From a virus (Duplodnaviria > Caudoviricetes), in the IMG/VR virus record IMGVR_UViG_3300020036_004254: a stretch of DNA of 64,000 nt; one strand, 5' to 3'. Made by a program: the position numbers and the translations under genes. Below are positions 1-7,847 of this stretch, piece by piece. The stretch's first letter is position 1; every line of letters begins with the position of its first letter. The notes under the pieces are model-generated. The model ran no database searches, was not told the DNA's origin, and saw only the letters and a program-made list of their open reading frames with translations.

Positions 1-59
1 ATCACAATGCAAGCCGTCGTCAAAAGTCTGTACGAAACCTTCCGAAAAGAGACAACCCC

Positions 60-266
60 GTGAAAGTTACCTCCGTCACCAAAATCCGCGAAATCGTCCT
101 CACCCTCTCCATTGAGGAAGCCCAGAATCTCATCGACTTTAGTGATATCGTTGGCGACTCCTTGCTAAATCCCCATAATGTCTACGCAACAAAAGCAGAC
201 AATGGACGATTCGCCCTGTACGAACTGCGTCGATTCCTCGGGTCCGCCATCCACAAAAATGCGTAA
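60..266 (+). CDS. hypothetical protein
   Basis: 68 aa ORF; GTGA overlap with an upstream partial ORF; overlaps next ORF. Confidence 0.6.
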   Translation: MKVTSVTKIREIVLTLSIEEAQNLIDFSDIVGDSLLNPHNVYATKADNGRFALYELRRFLGSAIHKNA

Positions 267-474
267 CCTCTCACTCTTCCTGTTCTCCTATTACGACCAC
301 TGGGCCTACGGCGGTTTCGAAATGAAAGAAATCGCCGTCGTCGCCAATACCGAATCGGAAGCCCTCGGAATGATTCTGGACAAATACCCAGAAACCACCC
401 CCACCAAATGGTGTCATAACAGTGTCGATATGACACGGCCCAACATCATCGAACTGTCCGAACGCTCCTCTTGA
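259..474 (+). CDS. hypothetical protein
   Basis: ATG at 259 (MRNLSLFLF...) overlapping the upstream stop. Confidence 0.6.
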   Translation: MRNLSLFLFSYYDHWAYGGFEMKEIAVVANTESEALGMILDKYPETTPTKWCHNSVDMTRPNIIELSERSS

Positions 475-499
475 CAAACACTGGGGTATAGGTTAGTAT
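471..499 (+). promoter_or_regulatory. sigma70-type promoter TTGACA-N17-TAGTAT
   Basis: consensus -35, 17 bp spacer, near-consensus -10; fires into non-coding DnaA-box region. Confidence 0.75.
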
Positions 500-592
500 T
501 CATCCGAGAGCCGTGTTCCACCCCGTCAGCCGTCATCCGTATCCCCACACACGAAGCCGTTCGGTTTGTACTGGAAGCCTACAACCGGAACG

Positions 593-671
593 TGTGGAGA
601 AATAATCCCACGTGGAAACAGATAGAGTTATCCACACCAGATGTGGATAAGTCGCCGTAAAATGTGGATAA
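593..671. promoter_or_regulatory. DnaA box cluster
   Basis: TTATCCACA at 628-636, TGTGGATAA at 642-650 and 663-671 (perfect), TGTGGAGAA at 593-601 (1 mismatch). Confidence 0.75.
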
Positions 672-913
672 CCTCGGGAGAAAGTCATTGGTAACCATTC
701 GGTTACTTAACATTATCTTGAAGTATTCTCAGTGAACCATTTGGTTCAGTGTCCTAATAATGAGACACCAACTAAATCTCAAGGGGTTACGCTCCGAGAA
801 AGATTTTTTCACCGGGATTGTTCAATCATTTCGGTGTGGTGGACGTAGATTGGAACGTTGGTGAAAACATGTGGTTAAACGTTGGGTCAACCCCTTGAGA
901 GGAGTGGAAAACG

Positions 914-1129
914 GTGAAATATTTTGCGATTCGGGCGTCCGAGACGGATTGGACGGTGCCTAATCAGTACGTGGCGAGCCGTGGTCGTCCGGTGCAGTGG
1001 ACGCGGGACGTAGACGATGCGGTGCAGTTTGGCACGGCGACAGCGGCCATGAATTTTGCGGGACTTCGTGGGATTTCTGCGGCGGTGTTGGTGGAGGTGT
1101 CTCACGAGGTGGTGGTTCGGGAAATCTAG
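914..1129 (+). CDS. hypothetical protein
   Basis: 71 aa ORF, GAGGAG RBS upstream of GTG. Confidence 0.7.
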   Translation: MKYFAIRASETDWTVPNQYVASRGRPVQWTRDVDDAVQFGTATAAMNFAGLRGISAAVLVEVSHEVVVREI

Positions 1130-1171
1130 GGGAAACCCTGACTTGCGTGGAAGCGAGCAAGCGAGTACTTT
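1128..1171 (+). promoter_or_regulatory. box-class promoter (GGGAAACCCTGAC + TTGCGT-N17-TACTTT), leaderless
   Basis: member of repeated promoter family; ATG 7 nt after -10. Confidence 0.75.
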
Positions 1172-1178
1172 TCGTCCC

Positions 1179-1559
1179 ATGAGACAGCCTATCTGCCCCG
1201 CCCGAGACTTTGGCACGTGTTCCTTCAGCAACAGCACGGGTCCGTCCTTGTGTGTGTTTTGTGGGACGGCCCATCCTTTCCCCCCGGAGAATTCTGTGGA
1301 AAACGAGTTGGTCAAGCCCAACATCAATCTGAACGGTTCTGACGGGATGGAGTTGGCTCGTCAGTACTACGAGGCGGCACAGGCGGTTGAGAACGCCGCA
1401 AATCTCATGGGGCGACTCGTCCACGGTCGGGACTATCAGGGGTCACCGGACGGTGCCTACGAGCGAGCCTACCAGCAGATGGTGGAGCGTCTCAAGCCCA
1501 TGATTTCTGCGTACAACGACCTGAAGGCGATTGCGGAACATTGTGTGGAGGAAGCCTGA
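1179..1559 (+). CDS. hypothetical protein (probably leaderless)
   Basis: MRQPICPARDFG...; start re-assigned to ATG 1179 after promoter. Confidence 0.65.
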   Translation: MRQPICPARDFGTCSFSNSTGPSLCVFCGTAHPFPPENSVENELVKPNINLNGSDGMELARQYYEAAQAVENAANLMGRLVHGRDYQGSPDGAYERAYQQMVERLKPMISAYNDLKAIAEHCVEEA

Positions 1560-1562
1560 TTC

Positions 1563-1605
1563 AGGGAAACCCTGACTAGCGCGGGGTTATCCCGTGAGAT
1601 ATTGT
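1563..1605 (+). promoter_or_regulatory. box-class promoter (AGGGAAACCCTGAC + TAGCGC-N17-TATTGT)
   Basis: repeat family, 17 bp spacer. Confidence 0.75.
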
Positions 1606-1636
1606 TAGTTCACACCTTTCAGACAGGAGTTGTGTT

Positions 1637-1813
1637 ATGGACGAGGTAATGTTCAATGCCAAGGAGCGAATGACGCAGGAGCTTCTGGTGGCCAACACGG
1701 GTCATTTGCTGGCCTTGGGGTGGTCGGAGAGTGCGGTGGTGCGCCATTGTGAGGCGGTGGCGACCGAGTACTTCGAGCGGTTGGAGAAGCGGGTGAGGGA
1801 GCGGGTCAAGTAG
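1637..1813 (+). CDS. small hypothetical protein (58 aa, MDEVMFNAKERM...)
   Basis: AGGAG RBS, own promoter; below ORF-track cutoff. Confidence 0.7.
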   Translation: MDEVMFNAKERMTQELLVANTGHLLALGWSESAVVRHCEAVATEYFERLEKRVRERVK

Positions 1814-1987
1814 TGTCTGTGCAGAGTTGAAGCCACTGAGTAATGCTAGAGCGGCGCGTTTCCATCTTTGAGTGGAAGGAAAGGGTTTGTCGCGTACTTT
1901 AGAACCCACAGACATTACCTGTTTTCTCTTGGGGGAAAGGAATACTGGCCATTTGAATCGGAGCAAAGTCCTTTCCCCCGGAGAATC

Positions 1988-2030
1988 GGGGAATCCCTGA
2001 CTAGCGCGAACGTTGGACTGGTTGTAGCTT
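1988..2030 (+). promoter_or_regulatory. box-class promoter (GGGAATCCCTGAC + TAGCGC-N17-TAGCTT)
   Basis: repeat family. Confidence 0.75.
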
Positions 2031-2069
2031 CAATCGTGTAGGGAAACACTAACCCAAACGGAGTGACCG

Positions 2070-2225
2070 ATGAGCAAGACGGCGAAGACCAAGGGCGAGA
2101 AGGCCAAGTGGATGCGTATCTCGACGGCGCGGGATTTCAAGACCTCGCACACGGCGGGGATGGTGTTCAAGGCGTCCGACCGGGACTACGTGGTGACCGC
2201 TGACGGTTCGTGGCGGCGTAAGTAA
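2070..2225 (+). CDS. small basic protein (51 aa, MSKTAKTKGEKAKW...)
   Basis: GGAG RBS, own promoter, GC3-rich codons. Confidence 0.7.
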   Translation: MSKTAKTKGEKAKWMRISTARDFKTSHTAGMVFKASDRDYVVTADGSWRRK

Positions 2226-2359
2226 GCGTTCTCTTGGGGTGACTGACGTGGATACACCCTGTGGCACATAGCCTGACGCGGTCACCCCTTGAGATTTGAC
2301 CAGACCTGAAAACCCCGATTTGTTTATGATGGGTGAGTAGCCGCTGGTCAAATCTTTTC

Positions 2360-2402
2360 AGGGAATCCCTGACTTGCCGGTTGGTGGGTCAGGGGTTACC
2401 TT
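2360..2402 (+). promoter_or_regulatory. box-class promoter (AGGGAATCCCTGAC + TTGCCG-N17-TACCTT)
   Basis: repeat family. Confidence 0.75.
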
Positions 2403-2432
2403 TCTGGTGTACACTCCACCGAGAGCATACCG

Positions 2433-2588
2433 ATGCCCAAGTTTATTCTTTGGTCCAACAACGACCCGAACAACGCCTTCGAGGTTGAGGCAGACAACCC
2501 CAACAATGCCGCCTTTGCCGCTCTGAGCGAACTTGGCTGGTCCATGAGTGACGGCGACGAGGACGAGGACGAGGACGAGGAGGATTAG
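2433..2588 (+). CDS. small acidic protein (51 aa, C-terminal DEDEDEDEED)
   Basis: own promoter; (GACGAG)n coding tract. Confidence 0.7.
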   Translation: MPKFILWSNNDPNNAFEVEADNPNNAAFAALSELGWSMSDGDEDEDEDEED

Positions 2589-2593
2589 AGAAT

Positions 2594-2637
2594 AGGGATT
2601 TCCCCGACTTGCTTTCGGGTGGGACGGGGAGTATCCT
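2594..2637 (+). promoter_or_regulatory. box-class promoter (AGGGATTTCCCCGAC + TTGCTT-N17-TATCCT) driving the tRNA
   Basis: repeat family; 10 nt upstream of tRNA. Confidence 0.75.
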
Positions 2638-2647
2638 TGTGTCAGAC

Positions 2648-2720
2648 GCCTCGGTAGCTCAGTTGGTAGAGCAAGGGACTTTTAATCCCAAGGTCGTGGG
2701 TTCGAGCCCCACCCGAGGCA
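2648..2720 (+). tRNA. tRNA-Lys (anticodon UUU), CCA not encoded
   Basis: acceptor GCCTCGG/CCGAGGC+A, D arm GCTC/GAGC, anticodon loop CTTTTAA, T arm GTGGG-TTCGAGC-CCCAC. Confidence 0.93.
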
Positions 2721-2741
2721 CTTCCTTTTGCGGAGAATACA

Positions 2742-2867
2742 ATGCTCAAGCTCATCTTCAACAGTCTGCTCTTGTTTCTGTTCGTGACCGTGGTGCTGGT
2801 GGTGGTGTTCTGGCTGTGCAAACATCTTCTGATTCTCTACGTGGTGTGGATGTGGGTGATGATGTAA
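2742..2867 (+). CDS. small hydrophobic membrane peptide (41 aa)
   Basis: GGAG RBS; MLKLIFNSLLLFLFVTVVLVVVFW... Confidence 0.6.
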   Translation: MLKLIFNSLLLFLFVTVVLVVVFWLCKHLLILYVVWMWVMM

Positions 2868-3034
2868 TGTTCATCGACGTTGACGACGAGCCTGTGTACA
2901 CGGTTCGGACCTCGGAGTCCAAGATTTTTGTGCAGGGGGATTCCAACCCCATGAGACGCCACGAGGCTGAGGCCACCCGAGACATGCTGAAGTGGATGGA
3001 CCCGGAATGTGTGGTGGAGATTGTTATCCTGTGA
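2867..3034 (+). CDS. hypothetical protein
   Basis: TAATG coupling to upstream ORF. Confidence 0.6.
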   Translation: MFIDVDDEPVYTVRTSESKIFVQGDSNPMRRHEAEATRDMLKWMDPECVVEIVIL

Positions 3035-3279
3035 GTGCCGCCACCCGAGCCAAGTCAGCCCGAGAACGGGCAAATATTGCCGCACGGTTTATCCGTCGCG
3101 GGTCCAAGGGCAGTCGAGCGTTTGCCGACTGTTTCGAAATGGGTGACGGAGACGAGGTGGCCAAGATTCTGGTACAGAAAGCACAGACGGACAAGCGTTT
3201 GGCGAACTTCTGTGTGTACCATTCTTTCGGGACACCGGAGCAGGTTCAGGCGTTGTGTGAGGGCTTGACAAACCCGTGA
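3031..3279 (+). CDS. hypothetical protein
   Basis: GTGA coupling to upstream ORF. Confidence 0.6.
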   Translation: MSAATRAKSARERANIAARFIRRGSKGSRAFADCFEMGDGDEVAKILVQKAQTDKRLANFCVYHSFGTPEQVQALCEGLTNP

Positions 3280-3293
3280 GAGGGTGTTATCAT
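3265..3293 (+). promoter_or_regulatory. sigma70-type promoter TTGACA-N17-TATCAT
   Basis: near-consensus. Confidence 0.8.
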
Positions 3294-3299
3294 TAGTTC

Positions 3300-3575
3300 A
3301 CACCGGGACAACGGGTATCTCACGACCCGCCCCTGTCAGGCAATAGCATAAACGGTAATGCGCCCCGTGAGAGGGGAGATTGGGGTTCGAATCCCCGGCT
3401 TGTCTTTGGTACTATCCCCAAGGGTTCGAAAAATATCGAGTTCCCGACTGGCCGAAGCGTTCTCTTGGGGTAGTCCCATTCTTTTCTCAGTACACGGGAA
3501 AGGCCCGGAAAAAATCCCGCGTCGGTACGGTTGCAACCGTGCTAATCATGTGCTATCCGTGGGTTGTCGCACATG
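3300..3575 (+). ncRNA. putative structured RNA including a tRNA-like element (3337-3406)
   Basis: D arm GCAT/ATGC, T arm GGGG-TTCGAAT-CCCC, aberrant anticodon arm CCCC-GTGAGA-GGGG, followed by several hairpins. Confidence 0.5.
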
Positions 3576-3833
3576 GGCGTGAAATCGGCTGACTACCACG
3601 TGTTCTTTTCTCCGGAGGTTCCAATGGGTGGTCGCATCGAAGGTGCAGGCATGAATCTCAAGGGGGTTCCCACGGTGACGGTGGTGTTCGGTCAGTGGAA
3701 TACCGTCCATCCTGTCCACGTGGTGGGTATTTTCAACACGGAAGAGAAAGCGGTGGCTCTGGTGAAAGAGGAAGAGGCTCGCACGGAGCATCGACGACTC
3801 CGGGTCTGGCACGAGACGTTCTTCGTGCAGTAA
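3564..3833 (+). CDS. hypothetical protein (start uncertain)
   Basis: ORF with coding-like C-terminal half (VVGIFNTEEKA). Confidence 0.5.
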   Translation: MSHMGVKSADYHVFFSPEVPMGGRIEGAGMNLKGVPTVTVVFGQWNTVHPVHVVGIFNTEEKAVALVKEEEARTEHRRLRVWHETFFVQ

Positions 3834-3900
3834 AGTTTGTCAAGGCCCCGCCAACGGAGTTGGCAGTAGAGCAGATGGATTGGGGTTGAAAGTCTGACCC

Positions 3901-3929
3901 TTGACAAACCCACTCGCCCCGAGTATCTT
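3901..3929 (+). promoter_or_regulatory. sigma70-type promoter TTGACA-N17-TATCTT
   Basis: near-consensus, upstream of ORF 3959. Confidence 0.8.
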
Positions 3930-3958
3930 CAGTCATCACTTCAACCACAGGAATCCTC

Positions 3959-4348
3959 ATGAAAAACGCCAAGACGGAAAAGGTCAAGAATACCCTCACC
4001 TACTATCTTGAGGACGGTACGGTTGCCGTGGTCCCGGCAAGCTGGCCCAAGGCCAAGTACATCATCAAGAATGCGTCTGGAATCTCGTTCTTCGAGGAGA
4101 ATCCGGGGTCGGATTCCCCGAATCTCCACGAAGTGGACCGCAAGGAGTTCAACGAGTTCATGGTGAACGACTTTCGTTATCGTGTGAACGGGGACAAGGT
4201 CGAGGGCAAGTATTTCCATGGTTGGGAAACGTGCGGTCTGTACGGCTCGGACGGGACCGTGTCGGAGGTCATCCGGACGATGACGGCACACAAGAGGTGG
4301 GACGAGTTGGCCAAACTGATTGCGTGTGTTCGGAATCCCACGAAGTAA
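3959..4348 (+). CDS. hypothetical protein
   Basis: 129 aa, AGGA RBS, own promoter. Confidence 0.8.
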   Translation: MKNAKTEKVKNTLTYYLEDGTVAVVPASWPKAKYIIKNASGISFFEENPGSDSPNLHEVDRKEFNEFMVNDFRYRVNGDKVEGKYFHGWETCGLYGSDGTVSEVIRTMTAHKRWDELAKLIACVRNPTK

Positions 4349-4419
4349 ACGGGTGGGTCAAGGGGTGGCCGGGAACGCTTCCCAGTAGTACAGGCAATGG
4401 CGAAAGTCTGTACCACCCC

Positions 4420-4448
4420 TTGACACACGCGGACTAACCACTTAACAT
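4420..4448 (+). promoter_or_regulatory. sigma70-type promoter TTGACA-N17-TAACAT
   Basis: near-consensus. Confidence 0.75.
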
Positions 4449-4477
4449 TCTCGTATCACCCCCGAAAGAGGAATCCC

Positions 4478-4882
4478 ATGAACTATTCGACTGTGACAAC
4501 CACCAAGACCCCGACTGGTGGTCATCTTTTCCACCTGACCGACACGCTCGGAAACGAGCATCGGGTGTTCTTCGACGCCGGAATCAACGTTCCCGCGTTC
4601 GTGGTCGTTCGCACCAACGGCATGTCCTTCCTGAACGCCCCTCCGGAAAAACCGTTCAAGAACGAAAACGTCTTCCGGTTGGAGACGAAGGTGTACAAGA
4701 CGTTCAAGTGGGGAGGGGTCGCCTACCGTGTTCGTGACGGCAAGGTGGAGTACCGTATCCGTGGCGACGAGTGGGCGACCACTGGTGCCGCAGAAGACGG
4801 TGATGTGTACAAACTCATCGCACATCTGGTCAACCACGGTGAGTACATGATTCTGCGCGACTTGCTCAACGCGATGGAGTAG
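4478..4882 (+). CDS. hypothetical protein
   Basis: 134 aa, GAGG RBS; possible weak similarity to ORF 3959 (YRVNGDKVE vs YRVRDGKVE). Confidence 0.8.
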   Translation: MNYSTVTTTKTPTGGHLFHLTDTLGNEHRVFFDAGINVPAFVVVRTNGMSFLNAPPEKPFKNENVFRLETKVYKTFKWGGVAYRVRDGKVEYRIRGDEWATTGAAEDGDVYKLIAHLVNHGEYMILRDLLNAME

Positions 4883-4924
4883 GGGTTTCCCCGACTTGCG
4901 GAAGACCTCTCACGAGGTTACGTT
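4881..4924 (+). promoter_or_regulatory. box-class promoter (GGGGTTTCCCCGAC + TTGCGG-N17-TACGTT)
   Basis: repeat family. Confidence 0.75.
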
Positions 4925-4955
4925 TCTCTTCACACCACTCACCCGGAGCAACACC

Positions 4956-5180
4956 ATGCTGACCTGCACCCATCAGGGACACTCCTCCCAGTCCACCCAA
5001 CTCAAGGTTCAGGAGACAGACCGCGACAAGACGATGTTGGCGTTCTATCCCGACAACGCCGGAATGCACACCATCTGGCTCAACGCCGAGAGCGTGTTGG
5101 TCTTGGCCCGGAAGCTGGAAGCGTGGGCAATCAAGCGCGGGGCCAACCTCCCAAAATCTTCTGTGGAAGGAAGCCTGTAA
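4956..5180 (+). CDS. hypothetical protein
   Basis: GGAG RBS before ATG 4956. Confidence 0.7.
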   Translation: MLTCTHQGHSSQSTQLKVQETDRDKTMLAFYPDNAGMHTIWLNAESVLVLARKLEAWAIKRGANLPKSSVEGSL

Positions 5181-5324
5181 AGGCTCACCGTTCAGGAGAA
5201 CTCTAATGCGTCGATAACCGTTGAATCTCAAGGGGTTGAGGAACGTTCGCCCCTTGAGATTCGCAGGACGTAAACGCAAACGTCGAATCAAACGTTGCAC
5301 CAAACGTTGCACCTCGGAGGATTG

Positions 5325-5471
5325 ATGTCTACGCTGTGGCGGTTGCTGATGGTTTCCCTGTTCTACTTCCTCGTGGTGTTCTTCCCGGTTGACCCGTGGC
5401 AGAGGTTGGTGTCGGCGTCCGCTGGGATGATTTTGCTCAACGAACTGTTCGAACCGCGCAAGAAGAGGTGA
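5325..5471 (+). CDS. small membrane protein (48 aa)
   Basis: GGAGG RBS; hydrophobic segments. Confidence 0.6.
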   Translation: MSTLWRLLMVSLFYFLVVFFPVDPWQRLVSASAGMILLNELFEPRKKR

Positions 5472-5666
5472 AAACGGTGGCGTGTTCGTTGGAGTAAACG
5501 GAAACGTGTTCAACGGAGTAAACGTCATCAATCTTTTGGGGCAAAGATATTGGATAAGATTTTTTGCAGAGCATTGGACAGTTGTCTTTTGCCCCAAGAG
5601 AATGCCCCTTGACAGACTCGTTTCAAGGGGTTATCTTTTGTGCATACCCTCTGGAGATTCCAAGCG

Positions 5667-5840
5667 ATGAAGGACACCAAAGAGTACTGGAAAGAAAAGG
5701 CCGTTTATCTTGCGGCAATGGTGGCCTTGGTTCCTGTGCAAGATAGAATCTTGCCCGACGTTGAGGCTGGCGAGCTTGATTTTGCCACTGATATCTTGGC
5801 GCAATATCCGCCCCTTGACAAACCCCGGAAGCAAGGTTAA
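5667..5840 (+). CDS. hypothetical protein
   Basis: promoter TTGACA-N17-TATCTT at 5609-5637, GGAG RBS. Confidence 0.65.
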   Translation: MKDTKEYWKEKAVYLAAMVALVPVQDRILPDVEAGELDFATDILAQYPPLDKPRKQG

Positions 5841-5869
5841 CGTTCGGGTAACCCCAAGAGGACGGCACA

Positions 5870-6073
5870 ATGCGCGGAAAAACCACGTTGTTCGTTGACC
5901 AGTACGGAAGCAAGGTCTACGCCAAGACTGTCAAGGAACTGGTCACCGTCGCCGGGGGCGGCAAGGTTTCCAAGATGTATCAGGACGGAATGGGCGGGTT
6001 GAGCTATCACGTGGGCTACGTGGTGGGAAAGCGTTGGTTCACGGCATTCGTTCCTTTCTCCGCAAAGGTCTAG
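5870..6073 (+). CDS. hypothetical protein
   Basis: promoter TTGACA-N17-TAACGT at 5815-5843, GAGG RBS. Confidence 0.75.
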   Translation: MRGKTTLFVDQYGSKVYAKTVKELVTVAGGGKVSKMYQDGMGGLSYHVGYVVGKRWFTAFVPFSAKV

Positions 6074-6081
6074 AGGACACT

Positions 6082-6261
6082 ATGGCCAAGAAAGTTGCCA
6101 CTGAAGGAATGCACCACTCCCGTGCGTGGCGTCTCGGCTGGGAAGATGCCGCAAACGGAATGCCCCGTGGCCACTCGGAGAACGGGTTCCGCACCGTGCG
6201 CGGTGATTCCTATTCAGAAATGATGTACGACGACGGGTACAACGTCGGGTCGTGTCGGTAA
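6082..6261 (+). CDS. small hypothetical protein (AWRLGWEDA / YDDGY motifs)
   Basis: GAGG RBS. Confidence 0.65.
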   Translation: MAKKVATEGMHHSRAWRLGWEDAANGMPRGHSENGFRTVRGDSYSEMMYDDGYNVGSCR

Positions 6262-6303
6262 GGGTTTCCCCGACTTGCGGAAATGATTAGTTCCCGCTAG
6301 TAT
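6261..6303 (+). promoter_or_regulatory. box-class promoter (AGGGTTTCCCCGAC + TTGCGG-N17-TAGTAT), leaderless
   Basis: repeat family; ATG 7 nt after -10. Confidence 0.75.
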
Positions 6304-6310
6304 TCATCCC

Positions 6311-7027
6311 ATGAAGACTCCCAGCGGCGTCATCCTCTACACGGGTCCGTCCCAATTGACGGGCAAGCCCATCGTTGTGATTGCCACTGGACTGAACAAG
6401 TCCAGCCGCAATGCCAAGACGGGCGGCATGGTCCAAACCTACATTCTTTGCGCCGATGTCAATCCCATTGAGGCTCTCAACGGGGCGGATACGGCGATTT
6501 TCGGGGGTTGCATTCACCGCAAGAATCCTGTCACGGGGGTTCGCACCTGTTACGTTCGGATTGACACGGGTCCGAACGGCGTGTACAAGGCTTGGAAGCG
6601 CGGCGTTTATCCTGTGCTGACGGATTGGGCCGTCTTCACGGGCAAGGCCATCCGGTTTGGCACCTACGGTGACCCTGCCGCCGTCCCGCTTCACGTGTGG
6701 CAAAATCTTGCCGCCTACGCTGGGACGACGACGGGCTATACGCACCAATGGCGAGCCAAGAAGTTTGCGGGGTTGGCATCGTTCTGCCAAGCCTCTGCCG
6801 AGACTGCCGATGATGTCATTCGCGCAAACGCCAAGGGGTTTGGCACCTTCCGGGTTCTACCCGTGATGGAATCTGTTCCCGCAAATGCCATGCACTGCCC
6901 CGCATCGGCGGAAATGGGTAAGGTTACTACGTGCATCGAATGCGGGGCGTGTGACGGATTCAGCAAGCGCAACGTGGCTATCTTTGCACACGGCGCAACC
7001 GGACACAAGTACACGGGCGCACGTTAA
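6311..7027 (+). CDS. conserved phage Cys-rich protein (gp88/DUF7227-like, possibly Fe-S binding)
   Basis: motifs NAKTG, CxHR...CYV, RFGTYGDPAAVP, GYTHQW, CPA...CxxCxxC, AHG. Confidence 0.7.
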   Translation: MKTPSGVILYTGPSQLTGKPIVVIATGLNKSSRNAKTGGMVQTYILCADVNPIEALNGADTAIFGGCIHRKNPVTGVRTCYVRIDTGPNGVYKAWKRGVYPVLTDWAVFTGKAIRFGTYGDPAAVPLHVWQNLAAYAGTTTGYTHQWRAKKFAGLASFCQASAETADDVIRANAKGFGTFRVLPVMESVPANAMHCPASAEMGKVTTCIECGACDGFSKRNVAIFAHGATGHKYTGAR

Positions 7028-7069
7028 GGGAATCTCTGACTTGCGCTAACCCTTTTCACGGGATACCTT
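7027..7069 (+). promoter_or_regulatory. box-class promoter (AGGGAATCTCTGAC + TTGCGC-N17-TACCTT), leaderless
   Basis: repeat family; ATG 6 nt after -10. Confidence 0.75.
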
Positions 7070-7075
7070 TCCCTC

Positions 7076-7258
7076 ATGAAAACTTTCTCCATCACGTTCA
7101 ACGGGCGACCCATTGGGTCGATTGGTATTTGCTCTGTCTTTACGGTGGAAGTCACCGCAAGAGACATTTGGGATGCCTGTTCCCGTCTGTACGAAACACA
7201 CGAACATATCCGGTTGGTGACACACAGTGAAGTACAGAATAAGGGAAACCCCGACTAG
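7076..7258 (+). CDS. hypothetical protein
   Basis: 60 aa ORF after promoter. Confidence 0.7.
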   Translation: MKTFSITFNGRPIGSIGICSVFTVEVTARDIWDACSRLYETHEHIRLVTHSEVQNKGNPD

Positions 7259-7284
7259 CGTTCCGCTTTTCAGGGGTTTACCTT
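7242..7284 (+). promoter_or_regulatory. box-class promoter (AGGGAAACCCCGAC + TAGCGT-N17-TACCTT)
   Basis: repeat family. Confidence 0.75.
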
Positions 7285-7313
7285 TCGTTCACACCCTCTA
7301 GGGAGAATCACCG

Positions 7314-7847
7314 ATGTCCAGCTTGCTCCAAAATCTTGCGGGGATGAAGGGCGCGAAGTTCGCCTCTTTCGTCTACACCGCCAAGCCGTCAGGCCCCCGG
7401 CTCACTGAGGAAAAGGCGCGGCACGTGCTTATCCTCGGTGCGTCCACCAAATCTTTGTACGAACGGGATTTGGAAGTGTTGGCGGAAATCGCGCCGACGC
7501 TCAAGGGGCTGGAAGCCGACGCCGCAGAAATCATCGCGGAATCCCGGCGCGTGTCGCTCGCCGTCGGCATCGGCCACAATCCGGCGTACACCGGGGAAGA
7601 TGCCTACAGCGCAACCAACATCCCCGGCGTCAAGGTCCACAACGTCACGGGAGAAATCCACGTAAACGGATTGGTCGTGCGGAAGGATGTCATCACGGAA
7701 GCGACCTACCGCAAGGTCAACAGCAAGCCTGAGACGCTGGCACGTAAGGCCGTGGAGAACATGCTCCCGTCGTCCAAGTTCCGCCAGTTCAAGCTGTCCG
7801 GTATCACCGTCGCCAAGCTCAACGGCGAGACAATCGAAATGGAATAA
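7314..7847 (+). CDS. hypothetical protein
   Basis: 177 aa, GGAG RBS, strong codon bias. Confidence 0.85.
   Translation: MSSLLQNLAGMKGAKFASFVYTAKPSGPRLTEEKARHVLILGASTKSLYERDLEVLAEIAPTLKGLEADAAEIIAESRRVSLAVGIGHNPAYTGEDAYSATNIPGVKVHNVTGEIHVNGLVVRKDVITEATYRKVNSKPETLARKAVENMLPSSKFRQFKLSGITVAKLNGETIEME

Noticed and set aside
2609-2866. 141 aa ORF starting at 2609
   Set aside because: It overlaps a promoter and the tRNA-Lys gene; the real start is likely 2867.
3337-3406. Functional tRNA (Ser/Leu/Sec or suppressor)
   Set aside because: The anticodon arm has a 4 bp stem and 6 nt loop, and the acceptor stem has a 2 nt insertion; kept only as a tRNA-like element.
4866-5597. 243 aa minus-strand ORF and similar antisense ORFs in the early region
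   Set aside because: Promoters, RBSs and codon bias all support + strand genes here.
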